DNA of 64,000 nt from Chrysomallon squamiferum (taxonomy: Eukaryota; Animalia; Mollusca). The notes beneath the pieces are model-generated. The model did not search any database. It worked only from the letters and a program-made list of their open reading frames with translations, and was not told where the DNA came from. The position numbers were made by a program, and so were the translations under genes. This document shows positions 1 to 13,200 of the stretch, one piece after another. The stretch is taken from assembly GCA_012295275.1 (NCBI GenBank), contig CM022665.1, forward strand, positions 31,868,001 to 31,932,000, in the 5' to 3' direction. Numbering within the stretch: position 1 is the stretch's first letter; the number at the start of each line of letters is the position of its first letter.

Positions 1-1283
1 GAAAACTCAAGAACTGGGAAAAATTATGTAAGGGAAACAACTCTAAATATATACTGAAAATGCAAGCTAGTATTTCAGACTTATTCATTTTGGTTTTTTT
101 ATTAACTATGCCTATATTTTTATTACTATTTTTTTAACATTAATTTATTCATTTTGTTGATGCTGATATTGATGTTTGTCTTAAAATTACATTATACTAT
201 TATAATCAAATGTAATTTATCATTACTTGTGAAAATATTGTAATCAATAAAGGATTCTGTCACATTTTTAAAGATCTCAACAAATAAACACATAATTACA
301 CAATACACAATTACATATAATGATGAAACAACACACATGAACAAACACAAACATGACACATCTCTTTAAACTAAAGATAAAATATAAAATAACTTGCATC
401 AGTAATACTGATAGCATAATATTAACTAATCATATATATGGTTTACAGTGTTGATAAACAAATTTATATTACATATTAAATTATTGAAACAATTTTGCTA
501 TATCAGTTATCAGATTCTGGTTTTGTCTGATTTCTTTTATTATTATTAATTATTATTATTACTACTACTACTACCATTTATTTATGATCATCAGTATGTT
601 TATTTAAATATTACACTTATAAAAATTGTAATTAATTAAAATTTCCATTTTCAATAAACTGCACATGAAAATAATTTTACAGGAATTACCTAATAATAAA
701 TATTTATTTATTTATTAATAAAGTTCATTATATAACAAATAAAAGCAAAATAGTTTGATGACATTGACTGAAATGATGGCTGCTTATAATGGACATTTGA
801 ATACTGCATTTCAAAAGTTATTAAATAATTATTCTATGAACGTGAATGTCAAATGAAGGTACAGAAAATGAAAATATTTATGATTTGATTATTTTCATTA
901 CCACCCATATTACCATTTTTAGTTTAACATTAGCATCAGCAATCAGCATTATTATTATTAAAATTAAATATAAATCACATAATATTATTATTAATATTAT
1001 TACTGCTATTGCTGTAATTATTATTAGATCAATTTATTTTAATCATGTTACCTAATTAACAGCAATATAGTTAATATTATTATTATTATTATTATAGCCT
1101 TGTTATTATTTGAGAAAAATAAGTTTTTTTATCATCTTAACTATTTAACAGTAATATATATGATGACATTATTATTATAACTTATTAACTATTACTATTA
1201 TTGATTAAGAATGGTAAAATCAAATTCACCTTACCTACAGAAGGGTAAATGATACACATATTTCATTACAAAATGTAACTTAC

Positions 1284-1337
1284 CATAAGCATAATCACTT
1301 AGATATGCATAATCCAATGTTGAAGATTTAGTTAGAC
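1284..1337 (-). CDS. Candidate 54-nt symmetric (phase 1-1) cassette exon, (R/G)LTKSSTLDYAYLSDYAY
   Basis: Acceptor ctgtcttgcatttgccacag, consensus donor TG|gtaagt, open in the frame set by the 2777 donor, length a multiple of 3. Confidence 0.65.
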
Positions 1338-1826
1338 CTGTGGCAAATGCAAGACAGTTTTTAGATTACATATTTACTAACATGTAACAAACTACACACA
1401 CCACCAACAACATTTATATTATATACAGTTTCATACAAAACACATTTACAGTATAACATAAACAAATACACAAACACACTGAATATGTATCCTATGCCTG
1501 TATATTATGTATTTATTTCAAAAAGGAATTGCAGTATAAATAATTTATATAAATTTGTTGTGATAATTTTATCTTTATTTTCAAAATGTGGTTAATCCCT
1601 TTTTTCAAATATGCAGCTTTTGTTGTTGTTTAATATATTTTGATTTTTTTTCTGTTCATAATGATATTAATGTTTTATTGTTGTTAAAAAAAATATATTG
1701 TTTAATACAGATAAAAGAATAAGATATATTACTATGTTTTAAAAACTAATCAAGAAATTTTATAGTTTATTTTATATTCCAAAAAGTAATAAAAACACCC
1801 AGTATTATACAATAATGTAAAAACTG

Positions 1827-1947
1827 AAGGTGCATTTACAAAGTGTAACTTTTATTTTTAGTAAAAATGTATAAAGCACTCATGTCTGACTGGTCCAGAG
1901 CTTATGGTTTAGTATTTAAGCATTCTTACACCTTGTAAATGCACCTT
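1827..1947 (-). repeat. 22-bp inverted repeat (1827-1848 / 1926-1947) with 77-nt spacer; predicted pre-mRNA stem
   Basis: aaggtgcatttacaaagtgtaa versus ttacaccttgtaaatgcacctt: 21/22 complementary. The single mismatch (1842/1932) is G-U in the minus-strand RNA but A-C in the plus-strand RNA. Confidence 0.9.
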
Positions 1948-1994
1948 AATATGTGTTAGAGCATTCCAAGAGATTAGTAAAACAGCACATGAAG
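1930..1994 (-). CDS. Candidate cassette exon: either 63 nt (1994..1932, xSCAVLLISWNALTHIKVHLQ) or 15 nt (1944..1930, xAFTR); both phase 1-1
   Basis: 63-nt form: ttctgctttgcttcatag| ... CAAG|gtgtaa. 15-nt form: ttaag|GTGCATTTACAAGGT|gtaaga. Both donors lie within the inverted-repeat arm 1926-1947. Confidence 0.35.
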
Positions 1995-2243
1995 CTATGA
2001 AGCAAAGCAGAACCAAGTCCAAAGATAAAAACAGAAATGATCTTAAAAACCCCAGAACCAATGAGCAATTTATTTTAAGAAGTATTCTGAATGGAAATAG
2101 CAATTTCAAAGCAAGGATGGACCACAATAATATCAGAAAAGCAAGGATCCATCATTAATGTGAATATAACTTTCAAGATGAAATGAGCGTCATTATATAA
2201 TATTATTCAGTAATATATGGGGAGGATAAGCACATAATACAAC

Positions 2244-2261
2244 CTTTCCTTGGATCCATTA
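2244..2261 (-). CDS. Candidate 18-nt symmetric microexon, (L)MDPRK
   Basis: tgctgccacttcttactcag|TAATGGATCCAAGGAAAG|gttgta; phase 1-1 and open; good acceptor, weak donor. Confidence 0.3.
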
Positions 2262-2284
2262 CTGAGTAAGAAGTGGCAGCATAC

Positions 2285-2305
2285 CACTTTGTGAAGTTTT
2301 GTCAT
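2285..2305 (-). CDS. Candidate 21-nt symmetric microexon, (H)DKTSQS
   Basis: tgcag|ATGACAAAACTTCACAAAGTG|gtatgc; phase 1-1 and open; weak pyrimidine tract. Confidence 0.4.
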
Positions 2306-2633
2306 CTGCATTGTGACAAATTTTAATGTACCTCTGGATTAGTGATTATGGCACTGGATTATATAATGGTTGGTGGCTTTAAGCAATTTCTGTTTTTGGT
2401 TAGTACATTAAGCTAAATCTATTTTTGTCAGCAGTTTTCTATTATATTAATACCAAAAAGCAGAATTAATTAAACTACACTGAAATTTGAAATTGTTATT
2501 ATCTTATTGATAATTGATAATGTTAATGAAATGAAAAAAGAAAAAAATGTTAACCAATCCAATCCTAAGGAAAAAGAAAAAGGAAAAATAAGTATTGTGT
2601 ATTAATTACTATTTAAACAACTGCAATTTAAAA

Positions 2634-2669
<36 letters not shown>

Positions 2670-2777
2670 TAAAAAATAAATTTAAAAATTAAATTAAATT
2701 AAAAGTAACTGCTGACAAATAACAGGAGATGTCTACAACAGACCATTCAAAAGAACACCAACAGCAAAAGCACTTAC

Positions 2778-4492
2778 GACTGGCCCCATCTTCATCCGAC
2801 TTGTTCATCTTAGTGAGGGCAAGGCCAGAGAAAGGGAGACTACTCTGGGTGTTGGAGCGCACCATGTTCTGTGACATGTTTGTGCTGAACACACCATTGG
2901 TGTTGTAAGTCATGGGGTAAGTGAAGCGAGAAGAGTGCGAGCTATTGCTTGGCGTTGGAGAAGAAGGCGGAGGGTGCTGAGATGTGGGATTGGCCAACTG
3001 AGAGAAAGAATTTGTGCGAGGGAGTTCCTCAGAGCCAGAGTGTTTGGTGCTTGAGTGAAGACAGTCTGACTGAGTGGACTTAATGCTACAGGATCGGGTC
3101 AGACCCTGGATGCTGCCAGCAGCAATCAGAGTTTCCCTTGTTTGGGCCAATATTCTAGCACTGGCCCCACTAAGAGCCCGGGCTTGCTGGATTTGAGCCT
3201 GGATGCTCGAAGCGACAGATGACAGTGATTCCTCAGTCTCAGGCACTGGATTGTGCCCATGACCATTGCTAGACTTAAGCCAAGAACCATTAGCAATGCC
3301 AGAGTTTCTAGGACTACAGTACTCCACAACTGCATAATTACCTCCGCCTGCTTGCAAAGCTGCGGCTGCTTGCTGTGCTGCCTGAAGCTGCTGTAAGTTC
3401 ACGTAATGACTCGTCTGTTTGTCCGTCTTGCCGTAAGTTGCATGTGGGTTAGAGATTATAGTACTAGGACAAAGATTACTGCTTTCACCTTGTGATGCTG
3501 CCCTAACCAGGCTTCCCTTACTGTCAAATAGCCGCCTCCTACCTAGAGTGTTTGACTGGAAATCTTGGCTAGGCTGACCAACTCCTGTTGACTTACTAGA
3601 TGTCAGACTTCCATTTTTACGTCTTCGTTCTAGAGTAGAACTGTTGTAGGCTTCTGGTCCCATGTCAGTGGAAATTTCTTTGTGTCCCATGCCAATTTTA
3701 GATCCACCACTGTTTGGCCTAGGAATATTGCTCTGTGTTCCCACCTCACCAGGAACTTTAATGGGACTGTGAATGGGATCAACTCCATGTTTAGCTAATC
3801 GACTGCCAACAGTTGAAGATCCCTTTGAGCTGGAACTCTTGTTGCTACCAACTGAAGAATTACTCACATTGCTCAGAGGTCTGCGGTAACCAAATCCTCC
3901 ACTGCTGGGAGTGTTAGAGTTAGCTCCTCTTGCACTTTGCATTCGTTTCATGCTAGTCTCTAACAAGTGAGAATTGTCTGTGTTTGTCTCGCAGTCACGT
4001 TTTGTAGATGGACTTGTTGATGAAGTTCCTCTTTCACTTTCAGCATATGACACATTGTCAGTCCTGTATCCTAGATCTGGATGACTGGTGTTAGAGCTTT
4101 TCCTCAGCGAACCATATCCTGGCTGAGTTCCACCTCTCCACTGTGAGTGATCAACACCATTATTATAGGGATAAGCATAGTCACTAGGATCACTACTCAA
4201 CAATTTACTGTTCTGTGGAATGGAGTATTTCCTCCATCCACTGTGACCAGAATCACTGTTATAGTCTGTTCCAAGAAATGCACTAGTTCCTAAGTTAGGA
4301 ACTCTTTTTCCAGGGATTTGACTGCCACTGCTAAAGTCGTGGGTCAGCTCTCGAGGTGCCCGTTTCAAGCTATTGTAGGGATTTCCATCAGAGAGAGCTC
4401 CCTGTGATGACCCTGTCAAATTTTCATCAGTGCTGATCTCATTGATAGTGTCACTAATGTCACCACTGCTGATAGAGCTACTGTCATCAAAA
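2778..4492 (-). CDS. NAV2: Neuron navigator large internal coding exon (DDSSSISSG motif through the cytoskeleton-interacting region)
   Basis: Acceptor ttctttttcag|TTTTGATGAC at 4493. With AG from the previous exon it reads S-FDDSSSISSGDISDTINEISTDENLTGSS, matching NAV DDSSSVSSG.SDT. Also contains SGGFGYRRP, resembling the NAV GFGFKK motif. Donor AGTC|gtaagt at 2777 (phase 1). The ORF-track tail KCFCCWCSF... is intron read-through. Confidence 0.92.
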
Positions 4493-4777
4493 CTGAAAAA
4501 GAATGTAAAAAATAATAATAATTAAACTGATATATAAAATATATTTGTTAAAATAATCACAGTTCACCTGTGGTAAATTGATGAATTTTATCATAATAAT
4601 TCAATGAAAAACTGTTCACACATAAAATATGTTTGTTAAAAGAATACAAATGGGAATAATTTTAATTATAAACAAAATTTATTTGGTAGTTCAGTACAGG
4701 ATAACTAAAAAATAAATAAGAAATACAAGCATCTACTCTGAAGCTTATGAATTTGTTTAGTATGATTTTATTTATTT

Positions 4778-4779
<2 letters not shown>

Positions 4780-4831
<52 letters not shown>
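4780..4831. repeat. Poly-T homopolymer of about 52 nt (poly-A in the transcript)
   Basis: Direct inspection. Confidence 0.9.
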
Positions 4832-4836
<5 letters not shown>

Positions 4837-7449
4837 CTCAGTCATTTCAGACTTTTGTTATTATACCAGAGCTTTACAATAATTCTACAAAGAATGAGTC
4901 AGTGTATTTCCACATTACAACTTCTGATAAGACTGAGTCTGCATGCTTTGATTTTAGAAGACCAAGGCAGAGAGAAAAGAAAATTGTTTAAAACAGAGAA
5001 AGCGTGAATATTGTCTTTACTAACTTAATAATGCAAACTTATATTTCAAAATTAAATATATGAATTTTACTTATCCAAACTTGAGATGATTAATAATAAT
5101 ATAAAGATACAAAATATTGTTAATAATAGATTATTATCATCATTCAAGCTCATAAGAATTACATGCCCTAATTTTCCAAAAATATAAAATAAAATTAATT
5201 TGATTTCCAAAGGAAAAAGCATTTCATTTTCAGTTTTCTTTGGTAATTTATTAAAATCTAATATAATTTTAGTATTTAACAAAACCACAAAACTCTTATA
5301 AAATTATCATAGCCAGATGTATTTACATATAAATTTATACATTCCCATTAAATATCAGATTTTAAGTTTAGAAACTATATATATATATATATATATGACA
5401 GTGAAAGTGACAGTACATAAACATAGTTCTGTTTCATTTTAGAAGATCCATAGAACATGTTTAAGGGATTAAGTTTATATTAAGATTTGTGTTTCATAAC
5501 ACATACCAGATTTCAGTTCCAAAATAATTTAAATAATAAATACATAAGTATAACTTCTTGTCATTTACAAACACATTAGATATGTCAAAATAATGGTTTG
5601 TGAAAACCTGGTTTAATCCTATTGGTGATTTACTTCAAAAATGATAAAACAAAAAACAAAAACAAAAAAACAAAACAAAGAAAAAAAGGTAAAAAAGAGT
5701 AATCATGGTAATGATAATAATAATAACAATAAAAACAATGATGATAATAAAAGAAGCTATTTGTCTGATATAATCTTCCCAACAGTACATTCTTTTAAAC
5801 TTCAATTATGGAGTTTTCTTTCAAACTTAATTTTCAGGCTTATTTTGTAGAGTTAAATATTACAATTGCTGGTAGTCCAACACCTGAAACCTTTGTTTTA
5901 GTATTTAAAAAACAAACCAATAATAACATTAAAATAAAACATAGGAGTGTGTCCACTAAAGCTGTAACCTAAATCTACTTGCTATATTCTTTATTTTCCT
6001 ATATTTAACCTATGTGTGTAAGTTTGTTGTTTTTAGCATGCATGTCTGCAACATGTGTTCATCATTAAAAACAGATTGCAATATTAAATTAAGCAGAACA
6101 ATTAAATGAGACAGAAATGATGCAGATGGCTTTATGTCTGGCATTTCTAATACTGTGACCTTCAAGAAGTCTGCAATAATATTTGTACAGTATTAGCAGT
6201 GATCTTACAATATTTTGAACAGTTTTTCATACCCACTCACATGAAATGCTTACAATATATATAACAGAATATAAAAAATAAAACAACAGAAAAAAAAATA
6301 TTCCTCCAGTTATATTTCAGCTAGAGCTGAGAGCAAAATTCTAGGAACCTTTATTGTTATGAGTCACTCATGTTAGAAATGCATATTCATTTACCATATA
6401 AAATACAGCTTTGTAATGGTTATTGTAAGCAAACCAAATCCACCTGTGCTGTTAAAATTGTGATATATTCATTCCAAAACCTTGGTGGAAGGTGGCAGCT
6501 GTCTCTAGTGAGCTACTAAATAAACATGGAGAATTAGTTTATTTATTTCCATAACCAAGTGATCCTCAAAGCAAAATTAAGTATAAATAAATAAATTTTT
6601 CTGGCAGCTGTTCAAGTTACAAATTTGTAGAGTGACCGTATCAGATGTACTCAAGAAAGAAATCTTTTGAGAGAAAAAAAAAACCATGCTAGTCAGAGTG
6701 AGTGATTCTTAATGTAGACTTATTGATAAAACAAGATATTAAGTCAAGAGATAAAGAAATAATTTTTTTTATTTTTTAAATAAAGAAAACATATACAAAG
6801 AAATTACCCCCCTTAAAAGCAGCCCCTAAAACCCCAGAACAAACCCTCACCACCCATACAAAAATACTGTCAGTAATAAAATATCACCCAAGAACAACAC
6901 CCATGCCTCCTAAAATCCTACAGCAAGTTTATCATCTAAATTGTGAAAAAGCTAATCATTATTTTTATATTTTGAAACAAACACAAGGACACACAAACAT
7001 GCATACATATTCAAAATTTTGGAATTAGATTTTGAACCATACATGTATATATACCTACAAAACCAAACATTTATATACACAGTAATATTAAAACAAACAA
7101 ATCCATATGAGATTATTATTTTTCAATATACAGAAAAGGAAAGAAAAAATCAAATTAGTATTACTAAAAATGTTATCAGTCACCATTAGCCTGCAAATAT
7201 GGCAGCCATAATGCAGTATTAATCTGTAAGTTACACATTTTAAGTTTGTCTGCGATTAAGACATTTCATGAGCTGTTACTGTGATTCCTGGAAATCAATA
7301 ATACTTTCATTACCACAGCTCATCAGAATCTGGTGACACCAGAAACCTGCAGCAGATGTACTAGTGATAATAACACAGTTTTCTGATGTTATTATTACAG
7401 TTATTAATAGAACTTGTTATAATAACAGAAACAACTATCAAATATAAAA

Positions 7450-7805
7450 AAAACACTACACATACATATACACATTCACACATACATAAATACATACATG
7501 TACATATGCAGTTATATACATACATGCCTGTAGACAGACATGCACATATGTACATACATACATATTTACATGCATACATAAATACATATATATATACATA
7601 CACATACATGCTCATATACACAGGCACATACACAAACATACACACACACTCAGACTTATATACATACATGCCTGTACAGACATGCATACATATATTCATA
7701 CATACATACATACATAAATACATACTAATATTCACATACACACCTACACACACAAAAACAGTTATTACAATTACATACATACATACACCTATAAATAAAT
7801 ACACC
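7450..7805. repeat. Compound (AC/ATAC)n microsatellite
   Basis: acatacat-type low complexity; produces the spurious ORFs at 7361 and 7386. Confidence 0.9.
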
Positions 7806-8160
7806 TTTTTAAAGCATATAATATTTCTGCATGTGCCCATATAGGTATGCTTCTTTGTCTCTATATATTTTTATTTTCTTCTGCATATATCCTGCAATAT
7901 TTTAAATAACTGCATATTATAAATGACATTCTTTCTTAAACAAATTTTCATAATTTGCTGAACATATTTTACAAGAATCAAAATCTATCTGTAAAGTTCT
8001 GTATGCCATCCATCCTTCTAGAGCCTCAAATTTAATGATGGACTTCCCACTGCTTGGGGATACATGTATGGCAAACAGCTTCCAGCAACCTGCTAATTTG
8101 AAAACAAGTCTACACAGTGAACTTATTTATGCCTGTGGGTTTAATCTGACATTTGTAGAG

Positions 8161-8194
<34 letters not shown>

Positions 8195-9584
8195 AAGAAT
8201 TTACAACCCAATAATTGTAACCAATAAACTTTTTTGTTAAATAAAAACAAAATTCAGTTCACTTGCATTAAATTGTACAAAAAGTTTCTTGCAGAAAGAA
8301 ACAAAAATATATAATAAAAAATAAATAAATAAAAATAAAAATTTTAATAAAAATTGTTTCAAAAACATGTTTAGAGACATAGTAAAATATAATAAATATA
8401 AATGCCCTTCAAAAACAGCTAAAAAATAAATTAAAAATGAATATGCATTTCAAGTCACAAATGAATAAGATTTTTTTTTTTTTTTTATGTATATAATGTG
8501 CAGTCACTGCTTTTTAATCTACAGTTTTGTGATATTTTTAAAAGTGTATAACTTTAAAAAGATCATACAGACAAGACAATAAATGAGGAAACCCTCCACC
8601 ATCAGTCAAGGATTACTCTTTTTCATCTAACAAAAAGAAAGACACATACCAAATCTTTTTATACAAACCAGAAAAAGAGCACAAGCTGTGATGTGTAATA
8701 GCCCAGCTGAAGCACTGAGAAGGATTGATCATATGACCAATCAGGTCTCAAAACATCATTATTACTGATCTACAGCCAACCATGACAAGTTGAAAGTCAC
8801 AAAAAAATATGTTACATTTCAAACTGTAAGACTTTTGTTTTTCCATTCAATGTTTATGTAACATTTTGTCAGAGTAAGAGTCAGTCAAACAAGATCTTTC
8901 ATCACCTGGGTGTGTATTATTACAACCCCATAGGTAAAAATCCTGACAAAGAAACTTTTCTATTTCTAGCTGTACAATAACTTTCACACCTGCATCTTCA
9001 GTCTGTAGTTAAAAAACGAGGCATTTCACTTTTCTCAAAACTGTGTTTGTCACTATCTTGATTCTGTCTATAGTTAATAAGTAGTCATTTCTTTTTTCCC
9101 AAAACTATGTTCATCCCTGTAAATTGATTCTGTGGTAAATAAAAATAGGTACTTCTTTTTTCTTAAATCTATATACATCTCTGTATTTTAGCCAATACTT
9201 GTTCATCTTTTCTTATACTGTCATTGTCACTCATTTATCACCCAAAACAAATAAAATTGAAATTACTCCATCAAAAAACAAAACATAACAAAAACACACC
9301 TACAAAAGCTATCATCAAAAAATCATTACCGTACTTTTGAAAAGATCTTGTGTGTCATTTAATAAGTATTCATCTGTTCAGTCATTTTATATATTTGAAG
9401 TCTTCAACAAATATTTATTAAGACTATTATATTTTATACATGTCAAAAACAAAAAGAAAAAAATACTGAAAGTAAATGATCTATTACTGAAGACACAGGT
9501 GCCTGTAAAACTGAGTATTTAAAAAAATTATTAACCAAGACAAAAAAGAATTATTCTCAAGAGAGTATGACAACATACAATTTC

Positions 9585-10100
9585 CATTTATATGGATTAT
9601 TTCAGTCCCTTGTGACTGAAAGAAGTGCAATATTTAAAAAAAAAAAAAAAAAAAAATTTGTACTTCTACTTTAACCTGTGATGATGGTAACTTGCATGAC
9701 ACTTTTACTGAAAAAAAAAAAAAAAAAAAAATCTAAAAATATATTCAGCAGAAGGATTTTACATATTAAATACATTTATATGTATTATTTCAACCCCTAA
9801 TGACTGAAAGATGTACAGTTTTTTGTTTTTTTTTAAACTCTCCTTTTGCAGTTCAAATAGGTTAACTTTCATGACATGTATACTGAATAAAAAAGATATC
9901 CAGACCTATTTTTACATATTAAACACATTTATATTGACTATTTCAATCCCTTCTAACTGTAAGATATTTAAAATACTATTACTACTACTAATAATAATAA
10001 TAATCATAAATAATAAATAAATAATTAAAAACTCTTCCTGTAGTTCAAATGTAATCAAAGATGGTAACTTGCATCTCATATATACTGAACAAAAAAGTTA
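9585..10100. repeat. About three diverged tandem copies of a 150-200 bp unit
   Basis: Repeated blocks ttttacatattaaa.acatttata, cc...tgactgaaaga, gatggtaacttgcat and tactgaa.aaaaa. Confidence 0.65.
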
Positions 10101-10264
10101 AAGATTTACAAGTTTGATATTATAAAGAAGTCACATCAAAGGAGAGAAAATCAAGAAAAAAATGTACTGCTAGTGATAAATTTCATGTTTTTATGATGGT
10201 AAACAGTGAATGTAAGAAATAACAACCATCACAAATGTAAAGAAATATTAAATAACCTTTAAAT

Positions 10265-10297
<33 letters not shown>

Positions 10298-13200
10298 ATG
10301 CGTGCATTTATATGTAGGTGTGTATGTATACATCTATATTATTATATATGTATTTAGATGTTTGTGTTATACACACAAAATACTGGTGTAGTGGCTATGT
10401 TATACAAGTATATTTTTGTTTTTGACTTTCAGTTTTTACATACAAATGTAAATTTGTAAGAATAAAACTATTACTGCTGACAATAGTAAATGTTAAATAA
10501 TGAATTATGTAAGTGAATAATGAATTGATGAAACAATGAATGATGAAATTTAAAATAAAAATTATGTCTTAAATAACAACTAAAGAATTTTTAAATGAGA
10601 ACTTAAAATGTAGAATGTGAGTTGAAAATTAAGAAATCATGCAGAGAACACATTTTTAAAAATATTTTTATTTAGTGCAGAAAAAACACAGTATATTAAA
10701 TAAAGTGGGGGTTGGGGGGTTTGAATTTAACTGATTAGTTTTTATATAAATAAATGGCTTTGAGATGTTACTCATGGTAAATAAACAACAGCCACAGCTA
10801 CAACATCAAAAATAATAAATAAACCAGAAATCCAGGATATAACCTGTCAAAGATCTATCAACAGTTTTGTTCCTAAATGTTTATTATTTTTTATCTAATT
10901 TTTTTCATACATAAACAAAACATGACATTTAAAGAGATATCAGATGATATCAGAATGTTTTCATGTCTGAGACGGTATGATACATATTCACTGACTTCAT
11001 GTATGATACTGTGAATTATGATTAATATTCATGACTTGGTGTGGGATTAACTTTTCAAAAGCAATGGATATCTGTCTTTGATGTCTTTAAAATCATGTTT
11101 AGTACAAATATATACTTAAAAGAAAAAAGTATTATAAAAAAAGAAAAGGAAAGATACAAAAAAGAAACAGAATGAGAAAAAAAAGACTAGAGAAAGAGAA
11201 AAAGAGAAAGAGAGATATCTACCTTAAAACAAGTATATGCAGGTTAAAATCTGTTTATCTGATTACACTAAAATCCAGTCTTGTTTTCTTTCAAGATAGT
11301 GCTGCTACATTACACACAAACATATTCTGCCATGTCTTTGATCCCTACCTATTGATATTCAATTGTTGATCTCTTGCTGCATGCACTGTTTGAACAATTC
11401 ATCAATATGTGAATCTATTGTTTCTCTTTTGTTATTTTCTTCTCAGATTAGCAACTTCTAACAACATAATAATACCTCGATTCCGTATCATCTTCTGAAC
11501 ATACTAATGCAAAATGATGCATCTGTTGTTAATTTATTAATATGACTAAGATATTTAAAAGGTCTGTGTAAACAGATGCAGATTATTTTATGTGTATCAC
11601 TCTTAAAGCAATACACAATTGTTTAACTGGACACTTTGCTTTGTTTTCTTGCTTAAAGAAAATGAACACAAATTGCAATCAAAGAATCTTTACCATAAGC
11701 CTTAAAGAAAGTTTAGTATGTGTTTCTGTGTTCCAAGCAGGTGATTATTTGACATTACTCATAAATATGGTAATAAATACTTCACCATTTGATACAATCT
11801 TGTATCATCTGGCTGTGTATTGAAGCAAAACACTTACATTCTTATGGGAATTGATCTCTTTGCTTTTTGCTCCTTGGAAGTATCATGCTTTCAGTTATTC
11901 CAATATTGGTTTTATATTCTTACAAGTGTTGAAAACAGGGATAGGAATTTTTCAGTAGAGAATCATTGTCATTATCAGAGACTAAATTTTTATTTACTTT
12001 GATGCTGTGTTATTTCTTCATTACTGAAAAACAAATTATGATATGCACTGTCCTTTCTGTAATATATACACTCAGAGATATACTTTATGTATTTTATCCA
12101 AACATTATATGATGTTTTCCAATATATTATTCAGAATACAGCTCAACATACTTCATCCAAACATCCCTTTTCATAAACAAAAACAAGGAGAAATTTTAAT
12201 TTTTATCTTTTTCTACAAAATTCAGATAATCATTTCCAGATTTTGGTATGATGCAGAAGAACACTAAATAATAAATGACAAATCAGCATGCTGTAAGGAT
12301 AGTTTTCTTATTGATAATTGTGCATTATTTAACAGACTAACTTGTTTCAAGTCAAATAAACCCCCATGTCTTTTTGATCATGTAAGAGTTTCTTTGCAAA
12401 CCAGACCCAGCCAGCCATGTCAGAATTAACACAATTATATACTCATTCTTGTCTTTTAATTACTTCTGTAACCTATATGATGTGGTTATGAAGGTGAATA
12501 CTAGTAGTAGTAGCAATAGTAAGACTAATAATAATAAATGTAATAATAATAATGATTATGATGAAGAATAAAATAACAGTAATCCCCAAAATAGGGACAA
12601 GCAAAACAATATTTAAAACCACTAGAATGGAAAGTTTTATCAAAATTTTTTGAAAAGCATGAGCTATTTTCCCTCATTTATTATTACAAACTTTTTTTTT
12701 TTTAGGAAATAAAAAATTACAAACATTTTAAAAAATCAGTAAGAAAATTATTTGAGTTGTACAACATGAATAAAAAGTTCAGATATTTCTTATTAACCAA
12801 AAAAAAAGAGTTAATTTGAGAATCAAGAACTGATTATTCATGCAGAACAACATTTCATTTTTGTTGGCCTAATAACAAATAACTATAAATACAAATCCTT
12901 TTCAGTTTTCACATCAAAGTATGTAAGTTATCAACTTTACAAGGTCAAAAACAAATATGTTGTCATGACTATTGAATATCTTTTTTTTTTTTTTTTTTTT
13001 TTATCACAATAACAGATGAATAAGTAATTTTCCAGTACAAGTGGTAGAAAAAAAACTTCCAATGTTACATCAGCAGAGATAATAAAAGTAACAGACACAG
13101 TATGTTTCACTTCTTGTTATCAAGTAACAGCCACAAACTTGCTTATCACCAGATAGGAAATGGAGTAAAACTGATGGATTTAAAATTGATGGGTAATCAT

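Noticed and set aside
1827-1947. Inverted repeat interpreted as a pre-miRNA or MITE
   Set aside because: The 77-nt loop is too long for a canonical pre-miRNA and no target-site duplication flanks it. A MITE origin is not fully excluded without a genome search.
2689-2777. Cys-rich C-terminus KCFCCWCSF... of the 576-aa ORF
   Set aside because: It lies after a consensus GTAAGT donor, so it is intron read-through unless intron retention is shown.
7361-7844. ORFs of 152-159 aa on both strands (also 24848, 42126, 46494, 58597)
   Set aside because: Translations of (AC/GT/ATAC)n microsatellites, which lack stop codons.
11220-11460. Donor-like sites AAG|gtagat and TAG|gtaggg
   Set aside because: No ATG-initiated open frame in the required phase 2.
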